From Candidatus Micrarchaeota archaeon UBA95 (GTDB taxonomy: Archaea; Micrarchaeota; Micrarchaeia; Norongarragalinales; Norongarragalinaceae): a stretch of DNA of 39,013 nt. The stretch spans positions 1 to 39,013 of the forward strand of contig DALH01000018.1 of the NCBI GenBank assembly GCA_002499405.1, given 5' to 3'. The notes beneath the pieces are model-generated. The model saw only the letters and a program-made list of their open reading frames with translations, ran no database searches and was not told the origin of the DNA. Both the position numbers and the translations under genes were made by a program. Positions 32,359 through 39,013 of the stretch are shown here, piece by piece; position 1 is the first letter of the stretch, and the number at the start of each line of letters is the position of its first letter.

Positions 32359-33489
32359 ATGCAGGTCTTTGAGGCGAGGCAACGGCTCTTATCCGAACTG
32401 GGTTGGAAGGAGAACCCCTTTGTGAAGGATTTACGCTTAGGGGACAGGACGTCTTTTTTGAAGTATTACTTGCCGATGGAGGGGGAAAAGATTCTGGAGC
32501 GGCTTGCCTTTGACGCGAAGGCGTGCCTCCTCGTCGGTCCGAAGGGCGTTGGAAAGACGTCGGCGCTTTATTTCGTTGAATATTCGTTGCCCGACGACTT
32601 CGAGTCGTTCATGTTCAAGGAGCCGCCGAAAACCCTGGAAGAACTGCACGAGCATTTGTTCGGCGTGGAGCGCGGCTTTTTGGACGCGTTGCTGGGGCGC
32701 CCGCCGAAAAAGATTTCGCGGGAGAAACTCGTCGGGAAGTTGAAGGCAAAAAAGAAGAAAGTGGTCCTCTTCATTGACGAAGCGCATTTGGAGGACAACC
32801 GCAACATGTACATGGAGTTCAAGTACTTGTTGGACGACGTGCCCAACCTGCGCCTCGTGGTTTCCGCATTGGGCCGCGAAAAGTTTCCGGACTCGCTGAT
32901 TCAACTAATCGGCGAGCCCAACATATTTCAGCGTAAAAAGTTTTCGGCGGAGGAGATGCGGCGCATAATATTGCATCGCATTCGGGCGGTCGGAGGGATG
33001 GGCTTCAAGCCGTTCCCGGACGCGTTCCTGGACGAGGTTTTGACCGAGCAAAATCTTTTGTCGCCGCGCTACGTTTTCGACGAATTGAATTCTTTTCTTG
33101 CGTCCCTGGCAATGGGAAAAAGCGAATGGAGGGCGGCTTCGGAGTATTCGGATAATCCGATAGTGCAAAGCGTCATCAAACGCGACCGCATAACCAAGGG
33201 CAACGTTTCGTGGTGGAACCAGTTGAGCCCCTCCCAAAAACAGATTTTGGAGTTGTTGCTGGAGTCCGAGGCATTGACTTTGAGCGAGATTCGGAAGGGC
33301 ACGGGCCTGTCCCAGAACACGGCGTTCAACGCGTTGTATCAGTTGAGGGGGAGCGACAAGGCCGAGAAGAAGCGCAAGCCCTCGGTTCCTTTTCCCCTTG
33401 TTTCGGTCAATGGGAGAAAGGTTGGAGGGCGCAAGCGCAACGAGTACTCCGTGAATGAGAAGATTCGCAATCTTTTCACCATGCATTGA
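32359..33489 (+). CDS. AAA+ ATPase with C-terminal winged helix, distant Orc1/Cdc6-like
   Basis: 376 aa. Walker A LLVGPKGVGKTS, Walker B VVLFIDEAHL, sensor-like RLVVSA, C-terminal wHTH LSPSQKQILELLLESEALTLSEIRKGTGLSQNTAFNALYQL. Confidence 0.7.
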   Translation: MQVFEARQRLLSELGWKENPFVKDLRLGDRTSFLKYYLPMEGEKILERLAFDAKACLLVGPKGVGKTSALYFVEYSLPDDFESFMFKEPPKTLEELHEHLFGVERGFLDALLGRPPKKISREKLVGKLKAKKKKVVLFIDEAHLEDNRNMYMEFKYLLDDVPNLRLVVSALGREKFPDSLIQLIGEPNIFQRKKFSAEEMRRIILHRIRAVGGMGFKPFPDAFLDEVLTEQNLLSPRYVFDELNSFLASLAMGKSEWRAASEYSDNPIVQSVIKRDRITKGNVSWWNQLSPSQKQILELLLESEALTLSEIRKGTGLSQNTAFNALYQLRGSDKAEKKRKPSVPFPLVSVNGRKVGGRKRNEYSVNEKIRNLFTMH

Positions 33490-33503
33490 GAGGTGGGTTA
33501 AAA

Positions 33504-33632
33504 ATGACTGTGAAAGAGTTTTTGGAGGAGCTGGCGGAATCGCGCACGGCTTACAAGGTGTCGTGTTGCAATGACCGAGTGCTCATAAGCACGGATTCGG
33601 TGCACCAGGGCCTCGTGGGGGGATGCGTATGA
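33504..33632 (+). CDS. Small ORF (42 aa) between the AAA+ gene and the histone gene (hypothetical)
   Basis: MTVKEFLEELAESRTAYKVSCCNDRVLISTDSVHQGLVGGCV. GAGGTG SD-like sequence 8 nt upstream. Its stop overlaps histone ATG 33629 as ATGA. Confidence 0.35.
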   Translation: MTVKEFLEELAESRTAYKVSCCNDRVLISTDSVHQGLVGGCV

Positions 33633-33841
33633 AGCGAGCCTTCCAATTGTTCGACGTAGACGCCCTCTTCCGGGCCACGGGCGCGCAACGCGTTGCCGAG
33701 TCCGCGAGCGAGAAGCTCGCCGAGGTTTTGGAGGAGTCGGCCGAAGATTTGATTTTCCGGGCGAAGATTTACTCGCGTCACGCGGGGCGCAGCGAGGTCA
33801 CCCGTGACGACGTGTTGCTGGCGGCGTCAGACATTTCGTAA
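33629..33841 (+). CDS. Archaeal histone (histone fold, HMf-like)
   Basis: 70 aa (or 72 from ATG 33623). FRATGAQRVAESASEKLAEVLEESAEDLIFRAKIYSRHAGRSEVTRDDVLLA matches the archaeal histone consensus (GA.RVs..A...L...LE......A...A.HAGRKTV...D). Confidence 0.85.
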   Translation: MKRAFQLFDVDALFRATGAQRVAESASEKLAEVLEESAEDLIFRAKIYSRHAGRSEVTRDDVLLAASDIS

Positions 33842-33844
33842 CCC

Positions 33845-33892
33845 AATTGAAACGCTTGACTCCGCTTTGGGCTCCGTCTTCGCATTTCAATT
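33845..33892. repeat. Inverted repeat AATTGAAACGC ... GCATTTCAATT between convergent genes
   Basis: 10 of 11 positions complementary with a 26-nt loop, in the 62-nt gap between the histone and recJ-like 3' ends. Possible bidirectional terminator structure. Confidence 0.3.
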
Positions 33893-33903
33893 CTGTTAAC
33901 GGG

Positions 33904-35154
33904 TTATTTTCTTGCGTTCGGAACGCGTAACTGCAGTTGTATTTCAATTACTTCCCTTGTTTTTTTGAGGAAGGATTGCGCCCCTCCTCTGGGGAAGCTG
34001 GCGCCGGCGGCTATGTTGTGGCCGCCCCCGCTTCCCCCGGCAGCTTTTCCGGCCTTGCGCATAACTTCGCCGAGGTTCAAACCATTTTCCACGAGTTCGA
34101 GGGTGCCGCGCGCCGAAACCTTCACTTCGTTGGTTCCCGCGAATGCAATCAACGGCTTTTTTTTCACGAGTTTTTCGGCTATGATGCCGGCCTGCGCGGG
34201 CTCCACTTTTCCGCGTCCGTCATAGAAGTCGAAGCAGCCCAAATCAACGCTTTCGGCTTCCCGGAGCACGGCGGCGAGTTTTCTGGTTTGTTCCGCCAGT
34301 ATTTTTCTGGCGTCAACAAGGGATTCGCCGCCCCTGATTGCGGCTTGAATACCTTTTCTTGCTTCTCCGGCCCGGCCGCACGCGTCAAGCAGGGTACCGA
34401 GTTCGTGGGCGTCCCTGGTTTCCTCGCGGTCGGGTTGGTTCGGGAAAACGTAGGCGTTTCCGAAAAAGTTTTTTCCGATTTTCTTTTTCAGGTATGCATC
34501 TAGGCGCATCCTTTCTTTTGCGGGTATTTCGTAGTAGTGCGCTTTTGGGTTGAACCCGTTTTTTTCGAGTTCGCCGGGTTCAATCATTCCCTTCAACATT
34601 TTTGCGACGTTTTCGGTTATCCTGCCGTGAAGGGTAAGCCCCGGCGTGATGATTACTTCGCCGCGTTTGATGCACTCCTCAAGCATGACCTTGTTGAATC
34701 CGGTGAACGGCTCCTGCTTGTCCCCTATTGCCCCGGTTATGCCGAGTCGCCCCAGGTCCTTGCCCGTGTGCTTGAAACAGTGGTACGCCGTGGAGGCGCC
34801 GCAGGCGTCGAAGGTGCCGTCGAAACCGTAGTCGTGGACGTTTGCCTGTTTTCCGCCCTTTTTTTGCGGTGGGTGATGGTCCAGGAAGAAGGCGTTGTCC
34901 ACTTTTTCCTCAAGGTATTCGCGTTGGCCGGACCCGATGTCAACGAAAGCAACGCAGTCGTGTTTCACGGCGTTTATTTTTTTCACGATTTGTTCGTCCA
35001 CTTTTATCGCGGAAATCGTTTTTCGGGTTTCAACGGCGTTGCAGGTGAGGGCGGCGGCGCTCAAGCCGTCGCAGTCGTAGTGGTGAACCACGAGCACGTC
35101 TTCGAACCCGAGTATTTCGTCGCCTACTTCCCTGCACTTTTCCGGAAAACCCAC
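33904..35154 (-). CDS. DHH/DHHA1 phosphoesterase, archaeal RecJ/Cdc45 (GAN)-like
   Basis: 416 aa. Motif I VVHHYDCDGLSAA, motif III FFLDHHPP, DHHA1 GGGHNIAAGA. Confidence 0.85.
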   Translation of the reverse strand: MGFPEKCREVGDEILGFEDVLVVHHYDCDGLSAAALTCNAVETRKTISAIKVDEQIVKKINAVKHDCVAFVDIGSGQREYLEEKVDNAFFLDHHPPQKKGGKQANVHDYGFDGTFDACGASTAYHCFKHTGKDLGRLGITGAIGDKQEPFTGFNKVMLEECIKRGEVIITPGLTLHGRITENVAKMLKGMIEPGELEKNGFNPKAHYYEIPAKERMRLDAYLKKKIGKNFFGNAYVFPNQPDREETRDAHELGTLLDACGRAGEARKGIQAAIRGGESLVDARKILAEQTRKLAAVLREAESVDLGCFDFYDGRGKVEPAQAGIIAEKLVKKKPLIAFAGTNEVKVSARGTLELVENGLNLGEVMRKAGKAAGGSGGGHNIAAGASFPRGGAQSFLKKTREVIEIQLQLRVPNARK

Positions 35155-35195
35155 GTTTTGTTGTTGTGTGCCGAATTAAAAGAGGGTTTCGCCTA

Positions 35196-35468
35196 ATGCT
35201 TAATCGCATGTCGCGGATTTCAAAGAAGACTTTTGAACGCATTGCTTCGGACGTGGTGTCCGTGCTCTACTCGCGGTACCCGGTTCCGCTTACCACGCGG
35301 GCGATTGCCAGGGAAGTTGCGAGGGATAACGAGTTCATCAAAAGCGTCCTGACCTTCCTTGAGTCCAAGAAACTAGTTGTAAGCGTGAAAAAGGATTGCG
35401 GGCGCTGGATGAAGTGGAAGATTTCTAGGGCTGCAAAAAGCAGGATGGACGCTTCGAGGCCTTACTAA
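35196..35468 (+). CDS. Small winged-helix protein (hypothetical)
   Basis: ATG 35196 within ORF 35166..35468, with AGAGGG 9-12 nt upstream. PLTTRAIAREVARDNEFIKSVLTFLESKKLV is wHTH-like. Confidence 0.55.
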   Translation: MLNRMSRISKKTFERIASDVVSVLYSRYPVPLTTRAIAREVARDNEFIKSVLTFLESKKLVVSVKKDCGRWMKWKISRAAKSRMDASRPY

Positions 35469-35501
35469 CCTTTATTTATTAAGTTGCGGGAATCCTTCCT
35501 T

Positions 35502-36137
35502 ATGGCTGATTCGGACCCCGAATGCGGGGGTTTGACGTGCAAGGCGTGTTCTCCGCAGAAGCAGGCGTGCGCCGAAGACCGGCTTCTGGCAGCTTTTTAC
35601 CGCAAGATAATAGACCGGTACGAGGAACAGATCAGCTTCGGCGAGGAGAAGAGCGTCATAGAGTTGAAGAAACTCGTTGCGCCCTCAAAGGAAGTGGAGG
35701 AAGTAGCCAACTCGCTTTCAACGGCGTCCCCGGTTGAAGGCGCTTTCCCGGCCTTTGCTTCGCGCTGCCTTGAATTCCTGAAAGGCATAACGTTGCTTTC
35801 GTCCGGCCTCAAGTTTTCTTTTTGGTTGACTCCTTCGGAGACCTTGGAGTTGCGTGCCGGCGATTCAATGGACAAGGCAATCCTCCTGTGCTCTTTGTTG
35901 CTGGCAAAAGGGAGTTCCACGGCAGTTGTCCGCGTGGTTGAGCTGGATGACGGCGTGAAGCACGCCCTGGTATGCTTTTTGCACGGGGGTGCGGCATACG
36001 TCTTTGACGCGGCTCACTCCAAGTCGTGGTCGGGGCCATCCGTGGAAGAGGTTTTGTCGGAGGCGTGCGTGGACGGGAAGATGGTCGTGCGAAGCCTCTA
36101 CGAATTCAATTCCGAGTCGTATTCCTCCCTCCAGTAA
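35502..36137 (+). CDS. Transglutaminase-like fold protein with Ser in place of the nucleophile Cys (putative)
   Basis: ATG 35502 lies about 25 nt downstream of TTTATTTATTAAG. LRAGDSMDKAILLCSLLLAKGSSTAVV...KHALVCF...VFDAAH aligns with the G-x-C-x-D-F-A ... H ... D core of transglutaminase-like cysteine peptidases. N-terminal CGGLTCKAC cysteine cluster. Confidence 0.5.
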   Translation: MADSDPECGGLTCKACSPQKQACAEDRLLAAFYRKIIDRYEEQISFGEEKSVIELKKLVAPSKEVEEVANSLSTASPVEGAFPAFASRCLEFLKGITLLSSGLKFSFWLTPSETLELRAGDSMDKAILLCSLLLAKGSSTAVVRVVELDDGVKHALVCFLHGGAAYVFDAAHSKSWSGPSVEEVLSEACVDGKMVVRSLYEFNSESYSSLQ

Positions 36138-36191
36138 TCCAATTGTTTTAATACCCGGGGCTGGCTAATTAATTTCCTCGGTGTTTTTCCA

Positions 36192-36374
36192 ATGGCCGTC
36201 AAGGTAAATCATTCAAAGTGTATTGGGTGCGCGGGCTGCGTGGGCGTATGCCCGGTCCTCGCTTTGACTCTTGAAGAAAACAAGTTGTCGTGCGACGCCT
36301 CCAAATGCATTGACTGCGGCGCCTGCATCAAAATCTGCCCGTTCGGTGCGCTGTCAAAAGGGGATTCCAAATGA
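36192..36374 (+). CDS. 2x[4Fe-4S] ferredoxin
   Basis: 60 aa. CIGCAGCVGVCP and CIDCGACIKICP motifs. Confidence 0.92.
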   Translation: MAVKVNHSKCIGCAGCVGVCPVLALTLEENKLSCDASKCIDCGACIKICPFGALSKGDSK

Positions 36375-37552
36375 GAACGGATTTTGATGCAATAGTTGTC
36401 GGGGGCGGCCCCGCGGGAACGAGTTTCGCGAGGAAGGCGGCCGAAGGAGGCATGAACGTTCTGGTCATCGAGAAAAAAAAGGACTTCGGGGTCCCAGTGC
36501 GTTGCGGCGAAGGGTTCAGCGAGCGCTGGAATCAGGTCCTTGAAATGAACGTTTCGGACGCGGACTTGGGCGCGCGCATGAAGGGCGCTGCAGTGTTCGC
36601 CCCGAATGGAAAAAAAATAGTTTTGGTTAACGACCAGACCACGGGATACGTTTTGGAACGCAAGATGTTTGACAAGCGCCTGGCCTTGGAGGCGGGGCGC
36701 GCCGGCGCAACGCTTCTCCCCAAGTCGCTGGCAATCGGCCTCGTAAAAGAAGGCAATAAAACCACGGGGCTCAGGGCGCTCCACGAAGGGGTTGAAAAGG
36801 TTTTCAAGGCGCCCCTCATCGTTTCCGCCGAAGGCATGGAGGCGAAAATCGCGCGCGAGGCGGGTTTTGACTGCAAGTACGACCCTTACGACGTTGATGC
36901 GTGCGTGGAGTACGAGATGGTGGGCGTGAAATGCGAGCCGTTGATAGCGTTATGGTTCGGCAACGAGATAGCGCCCCGCGGCTACGCGTGGGTTTTCCCG
37001 AAGGGCGTCGATTACGCCAACGTTGGAATAGGCGTGGGCGGTTCCACGGGCGCCGATCCGAAGAAGCTCCTCGACGACTTCATTGGGAACCACCCCGAAT
37101 TCTTCGGGGATGCAACCGTGGTGGAAGTCAAGGGCGGCGTCATAAGCGTGGGCGCGCCAATCAAGAAGATGACTTCGGACGGGTTCATGGTCATAGGGAC
37201 GGCCGCCCACCAGGTGGACCCGATTCACGGCGGCGGCATAGGCCTGGCAATTGAGGCGGGTCTGATAGCTGCAAAGCACGCGTTGAAGGCATTTGAATCC
37301 GGGGATTATTCGGATGCCGCGTTGTCGGGTTATGAAAAGGAGTGGCGCGGGCTGGAGGAAGAAAAGCTGGGGAAGCGCTTGAAGTTGCGCCACGTAATAG
37401 AAAAGTTGTCGGACGATGACTTCAATCACGTGTTCAATGAGACGCGGTCCAAGGACTTGGACGAGGTTTTGAACGGCCACTTCCAGGGGCTTGCCGCGCG
37501 AATAGTTTTGAAGAGACCGTCACTGTTAAAAGTTTTGAAGGTGTTGATATAA
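36371..37552 (+). CDS. Geranylgeranyl reductase family flavoprotein (archaeal lipid saturation)
   Basis: 393 aa. FAD fingerprint DAIVVGGGPAGTSFA, RCGEG motif, GYAWVFPKG block. ATGA overlap with the ferredoxin stop. Confidence 0.9.
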   Translation: MRTDFDAIVVGGGPAGTSFARKAAEGGMNVLVIEKKKDFGVPVRCGEGFSERWNQVLEMNVSDADLGARMKGAAVFAPNGKKIVLVNDQTTGYVLERKMFDKRLALEAGRAGATLLPKSLAIGLVKEGNKTTGLRALHEGVEKVFKAPLIVSAEGMEAKIAREAGFDCKYDPYDVDACVEYEMVGVKCEPLIALWFGNEIAPRGYAWVFPKGVDYANVGIGVGGSTGADPKKLLDDFIGNHPEFFGDATVVEVKGGVISVGAPIKKMTSDGFMVIGTAAHQVDPIHGGGIGLAIEAGLIAAKHALKAFESGDYSDAALSGYEKEWRGLEEEKLGKRLKLRHVIEKLSDDDFNHVFNETRSKDLDEVLNGHFQGLAARIVLKRPSLLKVLKVLI

Positions 37553-37554
37553 GC

Positions 37555-37728
37555 ATGGCAACTGAATTGACGAAGTACGAAACCGCAAGAATAGTTGGAG
37601 CGCGCGCCCTGCAGTTGGCGATGGGCGCGCCGCCTTTGATTGAGTTGCCGGAGGGCACGGTTGACCCCGTGAAACTCGCGAAACTGGAGTTTGAGAAGAA
37701 GGTAATTCCCCTTCAAGTCGCCAAATAA
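37555..37728 (+). CDS. rpoK: DNA-directed RNA polymerase subunit K (Rpo6)
   Basis: Below the ORF-track cutoff; manual translation gives MATELTKYETARIVGARALQLAMGAPPLIELPEGTVDPVKLAKLEFEKKVIPLQVAK (57 aa), matching the RpoK/Rpb6 core. Starts 2 nt after the GGR stop. Confidence 0.9.
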   Translation: MATELTKYETARIVGARALQLAMGAPPLIELPEGTVDPVKLAKLEFEKKVIPLQVAK

Positions 37729-37729
37729 C

Positions 37730-38962
37730 TTATTCGTATCTTAGGGCGTCGACGGGTTTCATTGAAGCCGCCTGTTTTGCCGGCAGGACGCCGGAGACGC
37801 TGCCGATTATGAATGAGAACAGGAGCGCGCCGACCACGAGTTCCAGTGAAAACGACGCTTTCAGGAGTTCGGTGCCGAGGGCTTGTTCCGCCACGATTTC
37901 CGTGATTTTTCCGAGGCCCATGCCGAGCAGGACGCCGATGCCGCCGCCTACCACTCCCAGGAGGCCTGATTCTATCAGGAATATTGAGAGGATGTCGTTG
38001 TTGGAGGCACCTATTGCTTTCATGATTCCGATTTGCTTGGTCCTTTCAAGGACGGACGTGTACATAGTGTTCATTATGCCCACGCCGCCGACGAGGAGCG
38101 AGATGGCTGCGATTCCAACGAGCATCGCCTGCACCACGGCGAGCATTGAATTAAAGGTGTCAACCAACTGTTCGGACGTGAGCACGGAAAACGTTTCTTC
38201 GCCTTCCTCTTCGTGCCGGGTCTTCCTCAGTTTTTCCTCTATGCGTTCGGCTACCTCCGACGGATTCGAGCCGGGCGTGACTTGGGCGTAAATCATTGAC
38301 ACGGTTTCGGGTTCGTCAAACAGTTTTCGCCCTGCATCCAGCGTGATGTATACCGAGGAGTCCTCTTTGCGGTTGCCCATGCTTTCAAGTATGCCGACGA
38401 CCTGGAATTCCTTGTTCGAGATGGTGATTTTTGACCCGGTTCGCAAGTCCTTCTCGAACAACCCGTCGGCGGCATAACTGCCAATAAGCACCTTGTCGTC
38501 GTCCCCATCCCCGAGTTTGCGTCCTTGCGCCAGGTTTACTTGTTCCATGTCCTCGAATATTTTTTGGGTGCTGCCGGTGGGAATTGCTATGACGAACGAA
38601 ACCTTTTTTTCGGAGCGGTATTCAACGCCCGCGCGTTTGTAGAGCAGGCCGTCCACGAGTTTGACTCCCCGCACTTTCTCAAGGTTTTTCACGTCCTTCT
38701 CGGTCAGCGAGATGTCGCTCAGTCCTCCCATGGAGGACATCATATCGCCCATTCCACCGGCGCCCGCCATAATGGTTATTTTGTCGCTCCCCATTTTCTC
38801 GAATTCGCCGACAACCGCTTTTTGCAGGCCGTCGCCGATGCTTATCAAGCCCACTACCGCTGCTATGCCGATGAATATGCCTACCATGGTGAGCAGGGAG
38901 CGGGTGCGGCGGTGCGCGAGGTTGCCGATGGCTATGCGGAAGTAATCCGTTAACTGGGTCAC
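37730..38962 (-). CDS. ABC transporter permease, MacB/FtsX family
   Basis: 410 aa with a GTG start. N-terminal TM (LLTMVGIFIGIAAVVGLI), large extracytoplasmic MacB-like domain, C-terminal FtsX three-helix bundle. Confidence 0.9.
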   Translation of the reverse strand: MTQLTDYFRIAIGNLAHRRTRSLLTMVGIFIGIAAVVGLISIGDGLQKAVVGEFEKMGSDKITIMAGAGGMGDMMSSMGGLSDISLTEKDVKNLEKVRGVKLVDGLLYKRAGVEYRSEKKVSFVIAIPTGSTQKIFEDMEQVNLAQGRKLGDGDDDKVLIGSYAADGLFEKDLRTGSKITISNKEFQVVGILESMGNRKEDSSVYITLDAGRKLFDEPETVSMIYAQVTPGSNPSEVAERIEEKLRKTRHEEEGEETFSVLTSEQLVDTFNSMLAVVQAMLVGIAAISLLVGGVGIMNTMYTSVLERTKQIGIMKAIGASNNDILSIFLIESGLLGVVGGGIGVLLGMGLGKITEIVAEQALGTELLKASFSLELVVGALLFSFIIGSVSGVLPAKQAASMKPVDALRYE

Positions 38963-39013
38963 TTCTTTTTGAACCTCTTGTGCAGCCAGTAAGCCGCGTA
39001 ACCAACTATAAGG
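38959..39013 (-). CDS. 3' end of an upstream gene (partial), hydrophobic C-terminus
   Basis: Manual translation gives ...LIVGYAAYWLHKRFKKK then a stop. The TGA overlaps the permease GTG start (GTGA). The 5' part lies outside the window. Confidence 0.4.
   Translation of the reverse strand, partial: LIVGYAAYWLHKRFKKK

Noticed and set aside
38679-39005. 108-aa minus-strand ORF at the window end
   Set aside because: It is an off-frame read of the ABC permease N-terminal region. The frame ending ...LIVGYAAYWLHKRFKKK with a GTGA overlap is the more plausible upstream gene end.

Overview
Archaeal chromosomal segment, GC-rich and very compact. It has many 4-nt ATGA/GTGA start-stop overlaps and 30-40 nt divergent intergenic regions with TATA-like boxes about 25 nt upstream of start codons. 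Archaeal hallmarks include TFE, RpoK, a histone, aTrm56, DtdA, Nre, DUF359 dephospho-CoA kinase, ApgM, geranylgeranyl reductase, RFC large subunit, Cdc48 and an A1:U72 initiator tRNA. Short versions of conserved proteins and the housekeeping content suggest a small-genome uncultured lineage (DPANN-like), but that is inference only. The main finding is a contiguous eukaryote-type ubiquitylation cassette at about 26.2-30.2 kb. It encodes an 80-aa ubiquitin-like protein ending exactly in Gly-Gly, a UBC-fold E2 (HPN...C), a minimal ThiF/MoeB-type E1, a JAMM/Rpn11-like metalloprotease and a winged-helix/C4HC3 RING-type zinc-finger protein. Several uncharacterised genes are co-transcribed with them: an acidic disordered protein, a glycine-zipper membrane protein and small basic ORFs. 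Directly upstream lies a 1.5-kb AT-rich island (24.4-25.9 kb). It carries ORB-like dyads, an iterated CCTGCCCA motif, 20-bp flanking direct repeats and one AT-rich orphan ORF, so it is a candidate replication origin or mobile-element remnant. Other notable items are a tRNA-Lys(CUU) with a 112-nt intron in the T-loop (59/60) next to the T-loop methylase aTrm56, a cluster of six class-III-signal-peptide (type IV pilin-like) genes, a stand-alone NFACT-R protein, an Orc1/Cdc6-like AAA+/small ORF/histone operon, and two convergent gene pairs with long 3' overlaps. No rRNA, CRISPR array, transposase or integrase was seen.
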